From positions 1-17,036 of the forward strand of contig JBDZWC010000003.1 of NCBI GenBank assembly GCA_040256005.1: a stretch of DNA of 17,036 bases, written 5' to 3'. This document shows positions 5,893 to 14,346 of this stretch, in pieces. The position numbers and the translations under genes are program-made. This DNA is from Deinococcaceae bacterium (GTDB lineage Bacteria > Deinococcota > Deinococci > Deinococcales > Trueperaceae). Every line of letters begins with the position of its first letter. The stretch's first letter is position 1. The notes beneath the pieces were generated by a model, which saw only the letters and a program-made list of their open reading frames with translations, was not told the DNA's origin and did no database searches.

Positions 5893-8775
5893 TCAGCTTC
5901 GCTCGCCTGCCGGGGCCGGCAGGGCCACTCGTGAGGCGAAGCTCAACGCCTCATCCGGCGAGAACCGAGCCCCTGCCTCCCAGGCGCGCCTGAACGACTC
6001 GGGTCTCATGGCGGCACGGGCGGAGGAGACGGCCTCTTGGTGCTCGCGCGACTGTGCGCCCGTCAGTGTCGAGCCGGCCGAGTCCAGCAGCGACTCCATG
6101 GCTCCCCAGGCTGTGGCCGCAGGCTCGTGGCGGTTGGCGGCCGACAAGATCAAACCGAGCTCGTTGAGGCACTCGCCCATGGCCTCAAGGTCGTGCAGGT
6201 CGTACAACCCTTCGAGCGCCTCCAGGCACAGGGTGCCTGCCCTCGCGAGGTCGCCCCGTCTCCTGGCGGCCGCCGCCAGCCGCGCCAGGCAGGTCGCGAC
6301 GCCTGCCTTGCTATTTATCTCTTCATGTATCTCGAGGCTCTCCTCGTACAACCCCTCGGCCTTCGCGAAGTCGCCCATGTACTCCGCCACGTCGCCCAGG
6401 TTGCTGAGCAGCAGCGCGATCGCCCGCCGGTGGCCCAGCTCTCGGAAGATGGCGAGGCTCGCGGCGTAGTAGCGCTCCGCTGCCTCGATGTCCTCCGCTC
6501 GGCCGGCCATGGCACCCAGGTTGTTGAGAGTGGCGGCGACGCCCTCCCGGTCGTCCAGTTCTCGCCTGATCGCCAGGGCTTCGGTGAACAGGGTCTTGGC
6601 GGTGCCGTAGTCCCCTCGGTGCAACGCGATGACGCCCAGGTGGTTGGTCATCGCTCCCACGCGCTCCCGGTCGCCGAGGCGCTCGCTCAGCTCGAGGCTT
6701 GCCCTCGTCTGCGCTTCGGCGAGAGACAGGTCTCCCTGGTTGGCAGCCATGACGGCGAGCCCTCGGTGGGCCTCCGCCAACGCTCGCTCCAGACGAGGAT
6801 CTCCGTCTACGCCTGGAGCGCGCTCATCGGGCTGGTGCGACGTCTCGTAGCCGTGCACGGCTCGCTCGAGCCATGCGCGCGCCTCGCGCCAATCTCCTCT
6901 GTCGTGCCAGACAGGCCAGACGGCGGCGATCAGCCGCACGGCCGTGTCCCAGTCTCCTTCTCGCGCTGAGCGGGCGAGCGCGGCGCGGAAGTTCTCGCGT
7001 TCGGCATATACCTTCTCCGTGTCCAGCGTGCGGCTGCTGGGCTCGGCCGCTAGCTGGATCAGGTGCTCGGCATGCGCCTTCTTCACCCGTGCTGCCCGTT
7101 CCGGGGATAGCTCGAGCTTCTCGAGCGCGAAGCCTCTGACCAGGGGGTGCAAGCCGTACCTTCCCGATCCGAGGGCGCGCACGAGGGACTTGTCGATCAA
7201 CGCGGAGAGCATCGGGATGGTGAGGTCAGCGACGTGGGACGCCGCTTCTCGGCTGAACCCACCCGCGAAGATGGCCAGCGCCGCCAGCGCCGCATGCTCC
7301 GACGGCGAGAGCAGGCTCCAGGAATGCTCGAACGTGGCGCGCAGGCTCCTGTGACGGTCAGGGACCGCGAGGCTCGGCGCGTTCAGCACGTCGTGATCTT
7401 CGGTCAACTCAGCGGCGATCTCTTCGGGAGTCAGGACCCCGACGAGCGCAGCTGCTAGCTCTATAGCGAGCGGCGACCCCTCGACGGCTGCGCAGATCTT
7501 GGCGACGTACGAGAGGTTCTGCTCGTCCAGGACGAACCCGAGGTCTACGCGCTTGGCCCGCTTCTCGAAGAGCCGGACCGAGTCGAGGTACCTGGCGTCA
7601 GGCGCGATCTGCTCTTCAGGGTCAGGGAAGGGCAGGCCGTCAACAGGGAACAGCTGCTCGCCCGGCAGGTGAAGGCGCTCGCGCGAGGCGGCCAACACCG
7701 TGAGGCCGGCGCAGTGGGAGAGAAGGTCAGTGACCAGGCCGAGCTGTCCGACGAGGTGTTCGCAGTTGTCTAGCACGAGCAGGATGTCCGGGTCCGCGAT
7801 GAGCTCCGCCAGCGCGGTGGTTCCGTCGCCGTCGAACTCGAGGCCCAGGGCACCGGCGATCGCCGACGGCAGCTCCGGTCGCCCGGACACATCTTCCAGG
7901 GACACCAGGTAGACACCGCCTGAGAAGGTGCCAGCCTCCAGCTCCTGCTGAGCCGCCGCCAGGGCCAGAGACGTCTTGCCGGTTCCGCCCGGTCCCAGCA
8001 GCGTCACCAGGCGTACCGCCTGGTCGCCGAGAAGCCTGGCGAGCTCCAGGAGCTCGAGGTCACGCCCCTCGAAGGACGTGGTGCGATGGCGCAGGTTGTG
8101 AGGTGCGCGCCCGCCGAGCTTGGCAGCGGGAAGCGTAGGGACATCCCTCACCGGTTCCGTGAGAGCGATGCCGTACTCGAGAGCCTCTGCCCTCAGCTTG
8201 GCTGCGTAGGCGTTGCCACCTGCGACCATCAGGGCGTAGGCGCGATCCAGCGTCTCCGGCGTGGGCTCGGGGGCGCCCGGGAGCCGATACGCCTGCTCGG
8301 CTCTCCTAGCTGCGAGCTGCGCCTGCCCCCGCCGTGCCAGCTCCTCGGCGTGATCGAGTACCTGCGACCGAACGGTCTCCGCCACTAGCTCGCGGGTGGA
8401 GAAGACCCACTCCTCCAGCTCGGCGCCCCAGTCGGGGAGGTGCACACCCTCGAGGAAAGGGCCAGGGTAGACGTCCTCCAACTCGCCCTCGAGCCGAAAC
8501 GAGGCGCCGTCCAGCACGGCCTTGGCGTCCACCTCCAGGGCCGTGCTCAGCCTCGCGGCGTCACTCCGTACGGCCCCTGGAGCCCCCTTGTTGAGCTGCG
8601 AGAGCGCAGTGCGCAGGTTGGTCATCGGTGCCGGAGCAGCCGGCCAGAACAGCCTGCTCAGGAAGCGCCGGTCCCTGGGGCCCTCCATGGCGAGGTACGC
8701 CAGCAACAGTAGCGGCTTCGGCCTGCCGAAGGCCGCGCCCTCGAGCCGCAGCCCCCCGAGCGTCCTCAACAGCAT
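5893..8775 (-). CDS. SARP/BTAD-like + P-loop (STAND-type) ATPase + TPR transcriptional regulator
   Basis: N-terminal LLLAYLA..LFWP..NLRTALSQL (wHTH-like), Walker A GPGGTGKT, Walker B LLVLDNCEH, GSPLAIELAA, C-terminal TPRs. Confidence 0.88.
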   Translation of the reverse strand: MLLRTLGGLRLEGAAFGRPKPLLLLAYLAMEGPRDRRFLSRLFWPAAPAPMTNLRTALSQLNKGAPGAVRSDAARLSTALEVDAKAVLDGASFRLEGELEDVYPGPFLEGVHLPDWGAELEEWVFSTRELVAETVRSQVLDHAEELARRGQAQLAARRAEQAYRLPGAPEPTPETLDRAYALMVAGGNAYAAKLRAEALEYGIALTEPVRDVPTLPAAKLGGRAPHNLRHRTTSFEGRDLELLELARLLGDQAVRLVTLLGPGGTGKTSLALAAAQQELEAGTFSGGVYLVSLEDVSGRPELPSAIAGALGLEFDGDGTTALAELIADPDILLVLDNCEHLVGQLGLVTDLLSHCAGLTVLAASRERLHLPGEQLFPVDGLPFPDPEEQIAPDARYLDSVRLFEKRAKRVDLGFVLDEQNLSYVAKICAAVEGSPLAIELAAALVGVLTPEEIAAELTEDHDVLNAPSLAVPDRHRSLRATFEHSWSLLSPSEHAALAALAIFAGGFSREAASHVADLTIPMLSALIDKSLVRALGSGRYGLHPLVRGFALEKLELSPERAARVKKAHAEHLIQLAAEPSSRTLDTEKVYAERENFRAALARSAREGDWDTAVRLIAAVWPVWHDRGDWREARAWLERAVHGYETSHQPDERAPGVDGDPRLERALAEAHRGLAVMAANQGDLSLAEAQTRASLELSERLGDRERVGAMTNHLGVIALHRGDYGTAKTLFTEALAIRRELDDREGVAATLNNLGAMAGRAEDIEAAERYYAASLAIFRELGHRRAIALLLSNLGDVAEYMGDFAKAEGLYEESLEIHEEINSKAGVATCLARLAAAARRRGDLARAGTLCLEALEGLYDLHDLEAMGECLNELGLILSAANRHEPAATAWGAMESLLDSAGSTLTGAQSREHQEAVSSARAAMRPESFRRAWEAGARFSPDEALSFASRVALPAPAGERS

Positions 8776-8782
8776 GACTTTG

Positions 8783-8788
8783 ACTATA
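8783..8788 (-). promoter_or_regulatory. -10 box TATAGT, leaderless promoter of the ATPase/TPR regulator
   Basis: TATAGT 7 nt before ATG 8775; no SD sequence. Confidence 0.6.
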
Positions 8789-8854
8789 GGAAGCTTCGCT
8801 GCCTCAGGGTCGGGCGGCTTTCACGCCGGGAGCCCGAGTCGGTGAGTCGCCAGC

Positions 8855-8895
8855 GAGAAGACGAGGCCCCGGTCCTGGAAGGGCCGGAGCCTCGT
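8855..8895 (-). terminator. Putative terminator of the cbb3-like operon
   Basis: ACGAGGCUCCGGCCC-UUCCA-GGACCGGGGCCUCGU hairpin followed by CUUCUC, just after the cytochrome c stop. Confidence 0.6.
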
Positions 8896-8913
8896 TGAGC
8901 GCGCGGCTCGCTG

Positions 8914-9801
8914 TCAGCGCTGGGCCGCGACGTCCTCCGGCGTCACCAAGGGCGCGTCGTTGCCGAAGCTGGTGCGCTCGTGGTTGACCACGGCGGCGAT
9001 CTGCTCGTCGGTCAACAGGTCAGCGAAGGCTGGCATGGGGGAGACGTACGCCACGCCGCCGATCTCCTTGCCCTGAAGGCCGTGCAGAACGATGTCTATG
9101 TGCTCCGTCGGGTCGTCGGCTGTCACGACAGGATCACCTGCCAGGGGCGGGAACACGCCCGGCAAGCCCTTGCCGTCGCCTTGGTGGCAGCGCGCGCAGT
9201 TGGTGCCGTACACCGCAGCTCCCAGCTCCCTGTCGAAGTCGATGGCGCCCGCCTGTGCCGTGTCGGCGGAGCCGTCCGCTGCGCCCGTCGCGGACACGTC
9301 GCCGGACGTGGCGGCGCCAGCGGCCGGTGGGGCAGCCGCGACCGCCCCCGCCTCGGCCCGACCCGTCGCCGCGAGGACCTCGGGCGGCGGGTTCCAGTGC
9401 TGGACGCCGTAGTACAGGCCGTACGCCACCAGGAGGATCACGAGGACCCAGGCCCACGTGGGAGCGGGCGAAGGGGTCTCGGCTCGGGAGGGTTCCCACT
9501 TGCTCTCGACGGCGCCGCCGAACGAGTTGACGAGCACCGGCACCGTGCCCTCGAGCACGTCGTCTTCCCTCAGCCCGCTGACGGCGATGCCTGGTCCGTT
9601 GCGCACGGTGAAGGTCATCGTCTTCACGCCCTTGGTGCCGTTGGAGTCGTAGGCCTCGATGCGTAGCGTGTGGCGGCCGTCCGCCAACTGGGTGGTGTCC
9701 AGCTCGAACCGTAGGGGAGGGCTGTAGCTGGCCAGCGGCGTCGGGTCGTCGTCCAGGAAGACGTCTATGCGGTTGCTATGAGGGTTCGCTACTGCCTCCA
9801 T
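8914..9801 (-). CDS. Monoheme cytochrome c with N-terminal Ig-like domain and central TM helix
   Basis: CARCH heme motif, PGVFPPLAG, Met ligand in SPMPAF. N-terminal LDTTQLADGRHTLRIEAYD is Big/Ig-like. ATG 9801 with GAGG RBS. Confidence 0.85.
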   Translation of the reverse strand: MEAVANPHSNRIDVFLDDDPTPLASYSPPLRFELDTTQLADGRHTLRIEAYDSNGTKGVKTMTFTVRNGPGIAVSGLREDDVLEGTVPVLVNSFGGAVESKWEPSRAETPSPAPTWAWVLVILLVAYGLYYGVQHWNPPPEVLAATGRAEAGAVAAAPPAAGAATSGDVSATGAADGSADTAQAGAIDFDRELGAAVYGTNCARCHQGDGKGLPGVFPPLAGDPVVTADDPTEHIDIVLHGLQGKEIGGVAYVSPMPAFADLLTDEQIAAVVNHERTSFGNDAPLVTPEDVAAQR

Positions 9802-9802
9802 G

Positions 9803-10033
9803 TCAGCCTCGCTCCTCGAGGATGCGTCGCTTGATGTGGTCGGGGGAGGCCTCACGCGGGCGCAGCACGTGGTCGATGGCGAAGTAGATGACGTACGCGA
9901 CTATCACCGCACCCACGCCCGCGATCGCGTAGTCGAGCCAGCCCGACGGTGACGCGTGATGTCCCTCGGTGGCGGTGGCGAAGTCCGCCGCCTTGGTCGC
10001 CAGGGTCTGTGCGAAGGCCACGACGTACGTCAA
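9803..10033 (-). CDS. Small single-TM protein in oxidase operon (CcoQ-position)
   Basis: TTG start overlaps the ccoO-like stop (TTGA); stop lies 1 nt before the cytochrome c start. One hydrophobic helix followed by PREASPDHIKRRIL. Confidence 0.65.
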   Translation of the reverse strand: MTYVVAFAQTLATKAADFATATEGHHASPSGWLDYAIAGVGAVIVAYVIYFAIDHVLRPREASPDHIKRRILEERG

Positions 10034-10668
10034 TGCCCTGCTCCCCCCTCGCCATGGTCGGCCGTGGTGGAGACGACCAGGGGCGCCTGCTTCAAAGAGA
10101 GGAGGTACGCCACCAGTGCCTCGCCATCTGGGGTGGGCACGACCTGGCCGGCCGCCGGGGCGAATGCGCCCGTCACGGGAACCACCACGTCGTCGGCGCC
10201 TGCCTGTTCCACCACCTCGAAGAGCCAGGGGTAGGCGGGCATCACGGAGTCGGGCACGACCATGCGAGGGTTGTAGAGGTGCATGTACTGCCAGGTCTCG
10301 CTGGCCTGGCGCGCGCCCACGTTCGTCAGGTCGGGTCCCGTGCGAGAGGAGCCCAGTAGCGCCGGCGCGTAGGGGCTGAGGGGCCCGAGGGGCTCTACAT
10401 GAGCGTAGTCGCCCGGCACGGCGGCCCGTCCCCAGACCTCGTCCATCTCGAGGGGGCGTACCTGCTGCGTGTGGCAGGCGACGCAGCCCTCCGCGATGTA
10501 GACGCCCAGGCCCCGCTTCTCGATCTCGGTCATGGGCGTCGTGTTCGGCAGCGGGCGCATGCTGTTCTCGACGCCGATGGCGGGAGCCACCGCGATGATC
10601 ATCGAGAGCGCTATGAAGCCGAAGAAGATGACGGAGAACAGGAGCCGGTGGTTGCTGTGCATGTTCAT
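10030..10668 (-). CDS. ccoO: cbb3-type cytochrome c oxidase subunit II-like (monoheme c)
   Basis: N-terminal TM, YIAEGCVACHTQQVRP, GSSRTGPDL, SVMPAYPWL. ATGA overlap with the ccoN-like stop. Confidence 0.88.
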   Translation of the reverse strand: MNMHSNHRLLFSVIFFGFIALSMIIAVAPAIGVENSMRPLPNTTPMTEIEKRGLGVYIAEGCVACHTQQVRPLEMDEVWGRAAVPGDYAHVEPLGPLSPYAPALLGSSRTGPDLTNVGARQASETWQYMHLYNPRMVVPDSVMPAYPWLFEVVEQAGADDVVVPVTGAFAPAAGQVVPTPDGEALVAYLLSLKQAPLVVSTTADHGEGGAGH

Positions 10669-12140
10669 GACAGCGCCTGCGCCGCCGCGACCGGCGCCTG
10701 CGCCGGGGCAGGGGCCGTCGCCGGGCGCATGGTCCAGAGGTTGTAGGCGAACACGAGATGCGACAGGAACATCAGGCTGCCGCCCACGGCGCGCCACAGC
10801 CAGAACGGCACCATCGTGTTGACGCTCTCGATGAACGGGGCGCCGGACAGCCAGCTCATGCCCTGCATGGTCCCGCCGATCATCAGTGCCGTGCCGTAGA
10901 AGGCCAGGCCGACGAGCGCGAACCAGAAGTGGACACCGACCAGCAGGGCCCTGGGCTCGCGTCCGGTGATCATCGGCACCAGGCCGTAGACGCCGCCCCA
11001 GATCAGGAACGCGACGAAGCCGTACATGGTCAGGTGGCTGTGCGCCACGGTGAAGTTGGTGAAGTGCCAGACGAGGTTCAAGGTCCTCAGCGCCTCTAGG
11101 GACCCCTGAGCCGACCAGAAGAAGTAGGCCAGCACCCCAGCCAGGATGAACGGCAGCGAGTAGCTGCGGGCGACCGTGCGGAAGCTGCCGCGCATCGTCA
11201 GCAGGAAGTTGCCGGTACCGGCTGCCAGCGTCACGAGCATGCCTACGCTGAAGATGATGGCCACCGTCTGGATCCACCACGGCGTGGGCGCGAACACGAA
11301 ATGGTGCGCGCCGATCATCGTGTAGAAGACCATCTGGGTCCAGAAGGCCAGCACCCCGAGCGAGTACGAGTAGATGGGCTTGTTGAGCAGCTTGGGGAGG
11401 AAGTAGTACGTCAGCCCCAGTGCCAGCGGCGTGAACCACATGCCCACGCCCATGTGCATGTAGTAGCCCTGGATCACCGACTCGCTGATCGGGTTGGTCT
11501 GGTAGAAGGGCAGGTAGGCGATAACCAGCACGACCGCCGTCCACAGGAAGGCGGCGACGATGTACCAGTTCGAGATGTAGATCTCCTCGACGTCGCGCTT
11601 GGCGATCGTCTGGATGAGGTTGTAAGCGACGAGGATCGCCCCGAGCGCGAACACCGCCTGCACCGGCCACACGTACTCGCGGTACTCCTGACCGCCGTTG
11701 TTGATGCCGGACATGAGCAAGATGTCGCCGACCACGACGGCGACGTTTATGAGCACCAGGCTGGTCCACGCCAGCGGGATCGAGAACAGACGCCGGTTGC
11801 TGGTCTTGGGGACCACGTAGAGCGCGAGCGCGATGAGCGCAAGCGACGACCAGCCCCAGAACACGGTGTTGGTGTGGACAGGCCGCAGCCGACCGTACGA
11901 GAGCCAGGGCAGGTGGTCCATATCGGGCGAGGAGAACTTGATCCCCAGGTACTCGCCGATGAACGTGCCGATCACCAACCAGGCCGCGGCGCAGGCCAGG
12001 TACGCGAAGATCAGCCTCGTCGCCCCGGTGTCCCGGTCGGCAACCGGGTTGAGCCGCGCCTTGGTCACGGCGAGGGGTCGGCTATGGTCGCCCGTACGCG
12101 CCTTGCCGTTCCCCGCGACGCTCGCGCTATCGCCTGTCAT
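10665..12140 (-). CDS. ccoN: cbb3-type (C-family) heme-copper oxidase subunit I-like, divergent
   Basis: RLRPVHTN, EYREY..WP, YYMHMGVG, PIYSY, FYTMIGAHH (Tyr-x5-HH), VAHSH: six His ligands plus the helix VII Tyr. GGAGA RBS. Confidence 0.88.
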   Translation of the reverse strand: MTGDSASVAGNGKARTGDHSRPLAVTKARLNPVADRDTGATRLIFAYLACAAAWLVIGTFIGEYLGIKFSSPDMDHLPWLSYGRLRPVHTNTVFWGWSSLALIALALYVVPKTSNRRLFSIPLAWTSLVLINVAVVVGDILLMSGINNGGQEYREYVWPVQAVFALGAILVAYNLIQTIAKRDVEEIYISNWYIVAAFLWTAVVLVIAYLPFYQTNPISESVIQGYYMHMGVGMWFTPLALGLTYYFLPKLLNKPIYSYSLGVLAFWTQMVFYTMIGAHHFVFAPTPWWIQTVAIIFSVGMLVTLAAGTGNFLLTMRGSFRTVARSYSLPFILAGVLAYFFWSAQGSLEALRTLNLVWHFTNFTVAHSHLTMYGFVAFLIWGGVYGLVPMITGREPRALLVGVHFWFALVGLAFYGTALMIGGTMQGMSWLSGAPFIESVNTMVPFWLWRAVGGSLMFLSHLVFAYNLWTMRPATAPAPAQAPVAAAQALS

Positions 12141-12183
12141 GTCTCTCCAGCGCTCGACCCGTGGTGAGTGCCGGCGAACCTAT

Positions 12184-12214
12184 GTGCATGAGAACCTCCA
12201 ACTCAGACATGCAC
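12184..12214. promoter_or_regulatory. Inverted repeat GTGCATG-N17-CATGCAC upstream of the oxidase operon
   Basis: Perfect 7-bp arms next to a TAGGTT -10-like box (minus, 12177-12182) in the divergent intergenic region. Confidence 0.4.
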
Positions 12215-12370
12215 GTCCAGATATATGACTGACGGTGCCCGAACGGCGGGACAAATGACCCGGCGAGTACAGCGGCCGCCGGCCCGCCGGCACTTGGGAT
12301 CGGCGACAGGGCCGGCGGCTGCATCGCGGGCACGCCCGGGGGGCGCTGAGCCGTGTTAGCAAGGGGCCAG

Positions 12371-12973
12371 ATGATCACCATGCCCCAGACCGTTCAAGTG
12401 CTGCGCTCCCGGCGCAGCGTCAGCCAGCCGCGACTCGCCGGCAGCGTCATCGAGGACCACGAGGTGGTGAGGGAAGCGCTCGAGTCGGCCAGGTGGGCGC
12501 CGAACCACAGGCACACGGAACCGTGGCGGTTCTACCTGCTCGACGACCAGCGCATCCGGGAATTGGCGCGCCTGAACGCCGAGCTGCTGGAGCGCGGCGG
12601 TTCCGGCCCGGAGAAGGTGGCGCTCAAGCGCGCGCAGTGGGAGGGGGTGCCTGGCGTCGTCGTCTTCACGGTGCGCTCGGCCCCTGATGCCGACGCCGTG
12701 ACCAGGCGCGAGGACTTCGCCGCCGTCGCCTGCGCCGCACAGAACTTCATGCTTCACCTCTGGTCGGAGGGCGTGGCCAGCAAGTGGTCGACGGCTTCCG
12801 TTTGGCGCCACGAGGGCTTCTGGCCGCTCCTGGGCCACGATCGCGACCCGGGTGAGGAGGTCGTCGGGATCTTCTTCTACGGCCAGGCGAGCGAAGTGCC
12901 TGCCGGCCGCCGGCGACTGCCGCTGGACGCGGTGCTCACCGACTTCCGGGCCGCTCGCCCTCCGGCCGGTTAG
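12371..12973 (+). CDS. Nitroreductase family protein (YdjA-like)
   Basis: RRSV, ARWAPNHRHTEPWRF, ACAAQNFMLHL..EG..SKWST. Start uncertain (12371 or 12380). Confidence 0.88.
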   Translation: MITMPQTVQVLRSRRSVSQPRLAGSVIEDHEVVREALESARWAPNHRHTEPWRFYLLDDQRIRELARLNAELLERGGSGPEKVALKRAQWEGVPGVVVFTVRSAPDADAVTRREDFAAVACAAQNFMLHLWSEGVASKWSTASVWRHEGFWPLLGHDRDPGEEVVGIFFYGQASEVPAGRRRLPLDAVLTDFRAARPPAG

Positions 12974-13054
12974 CCTCTCGGTCGCCCACCGGCCCTAGAC
13001 TTCGGGCGATGACCGTACTGCCGATGGCACCGCGAGCGACGGCATGATGTCGGC

Positions 13055-14119
13055 GTGGGCGTGAGGCGTTTCCTGCGCAGCCTCCTCGGCACCGTATTCG
13101 TCCTCGCTGGGCTGGGCCTGGTGCTCGGCAAGCTGTGGCTCGACGCCGGCGGACCGTACATAGAGGCCCTGCCGCTCTACCCATACTGCGCCGAGGCCGA
13201 GGCTGCCCTGGCCGCCGGTCGTCACCTCGACGCCATCGAGCTCGCCGAGGCCGGCGGATGCGAGGCGGTGCTGGCGCAAGCGAACGCGGCATGGAACAGC
13301 GTCGGCGCGGTGTTCTCGCGGTGTGTAGGCGGCGTCTGGACGGGTCGAGCGGACGACGGCGTGGGCCTCGGCTGCGCGGTAGCGAGCGACCTCGTGGTCT
13401 TCGGCGACGTTCGCGACCTGACCCGCCAGGGGATCGCCTGGTTCCGGGGCGAGGACACCGACGAGGTGATCGTCGCGTTGTCGGCCGCCGGGATCGCCCT
13501 CACGCTGACGCCGCAGCTCGGCGCCGGGACCTCGCTGCTCAAGGCGGCGCGCCGAGCCGGGACGTTGGCGGACGGTCTCGCGCGGACCGTCGTCAGGCTC
13601 GCGCGCGAGCGTGCGTGGAGGCCCCTCGCGGGGTTCTTTACCGACGCCGGCCGCATCAGCCTCAAGGTCGGCCCGGCCAAGGCGACACGAGCTCTGCAGT
13701 ACATCGACGACCCGGCGGACCTCTCCGCGGTGGCCCGTTTCGTTGAGGCCGCCCCCAACCCGCTGCTCGGCCTCAGGTGGGGCGGCAAGACGGTGGCGCG
13801 GCTGGGAGACGAGGCGCTGTACGTCGAGGCGCTGCGCCACGGTCCGCCAGGCTTGCGGCTGGCGCTGCAACGTGGTGGAAGGGCTCTGCTGACTAGGCAG
13901 CCGCTGATCATCACCGCCGCCAAGACCGTCTACAAGAGCCCCGAGGCCGTCGCTGCTGCGATCACCGCCATCGTCGCGTTCGTCGTGCGCTGGATGCGTT
14001 GGCCACTGACGCTCGGCGTCGCGCTCGTCCTGCTGCTCCTCGGGTTCTGGAACATCCTCCTGGGCCGGAGGCGACCACGACCTCGATGGGACGGGCGCGC
14101 TGCCGCGCTGAGGCGCTAG
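13055..14119 (+). CDS. Hypothetical membrane protein
   Basis: 354-aa ORF with N- and C-terminal TM segments and a central SDLVVFGDVRDL..LSAAGIALT segment. CATGAT 6 nt before the GTG. Confidence 0.7.
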   Translation: MGVRRFLRSLLGTVFVLAGLGLVLGKLWLDAGGPYIEALPLYPYCAEAEAALAAGRHLDAIELAEAGGCEAVLAQANAAWNSVGAVFSRCVGGVWTGRADDGVGLGCAVASDLVVFGDVRDLTRQGIAWFRGEDTDEVIVALSAAGIALTLTPQLGAGTSLLKAARRAGTLADGLARTVVRLARERAWRPLAGFFTDAGRISLKVGPAKATRALQYIDDPADLSAVARFVEAAPNPLLGLRWGGKTVARLGDEALYVEALRHGPPGLRLALQRGGRALLTRQPLIITAAKTVYKSPEAVAAAITAIVAFVVRWMRWPLTLGVALVLLLLGFWNILLGRRRPRPRWDGRAAALRR

Positions 14120-14124
14120 CGCGT

Positions 14125-14157
14125 CACGATCACGGCACGATCGCGGCGGGATCGCCC
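14125..14157 (+). repeat. Three degenerate 11-bp tandem repeats, each containing GATC
   Basis: CACGATCACGG / CACGATCGCGG / CGGGATCGCCC. Confidence 0.5.
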
Positions 14158-14216
14158 ACTTTCTGGCGCGCTCGAGGGCATAAGAAGCCCATTCAGTACG
14201 GGATCTCTGCATCCTC

Positions 14217-14245
14217 TTGACGAATGCCGCATACGGGGGTATCTT
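14217..14245 (+). promoter_or_regulatory. Near-consensus sigma70 promoter TTGACG-17-TATCTT
   Basis: -35 at 14217-14222, -10 at 14240-14245, exact 17-bp spacer. Confidence 0.65.
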
Positions 14246-14255
14246 GAAGATATCA

Positions 14256-14280
14256 GCCGCGCTAGACAGCGCGGTTTTTT
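14256..14280 (+). terminator. Intrinsic terminator
   Basis: CCGCGCT-AGAC-AGCGCGG followed by TTTTTT. Confidence 0.85.
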
Positions 14281-14346
14281 CGTGCCTCGATCCCCGCCGC
14301 TTCGCGCCGTGGGAGAGGTCGAACGCCTGCTCGCGACGAACTGGCC

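Noticed and set aside
10669..11769. Long N-terminal extension of the ccoO-like ORF (579 aa)
   Set aside because: Off-frame overlap with ccoN giving low-complexity Arg/Gly-rich text; the real start is the ATGA overlap at 10668.
10665..12140. Nitric oxide reductase NorB
   Set aside because: Lacks the HLWVEG Glu motif, keeps the C-family Tyr-x5-HH, and is paired with a CcoO-like subunit.
12995..14212. 405-aa minus-strand ORF and similar long antisense ORFs (e.g. 3954-4937, 6037-6969, 11301-12167)
   Set aside because: Shadow ORFs typical of high-GC DNA, lying opposite well-supported genes and lacking motifs.
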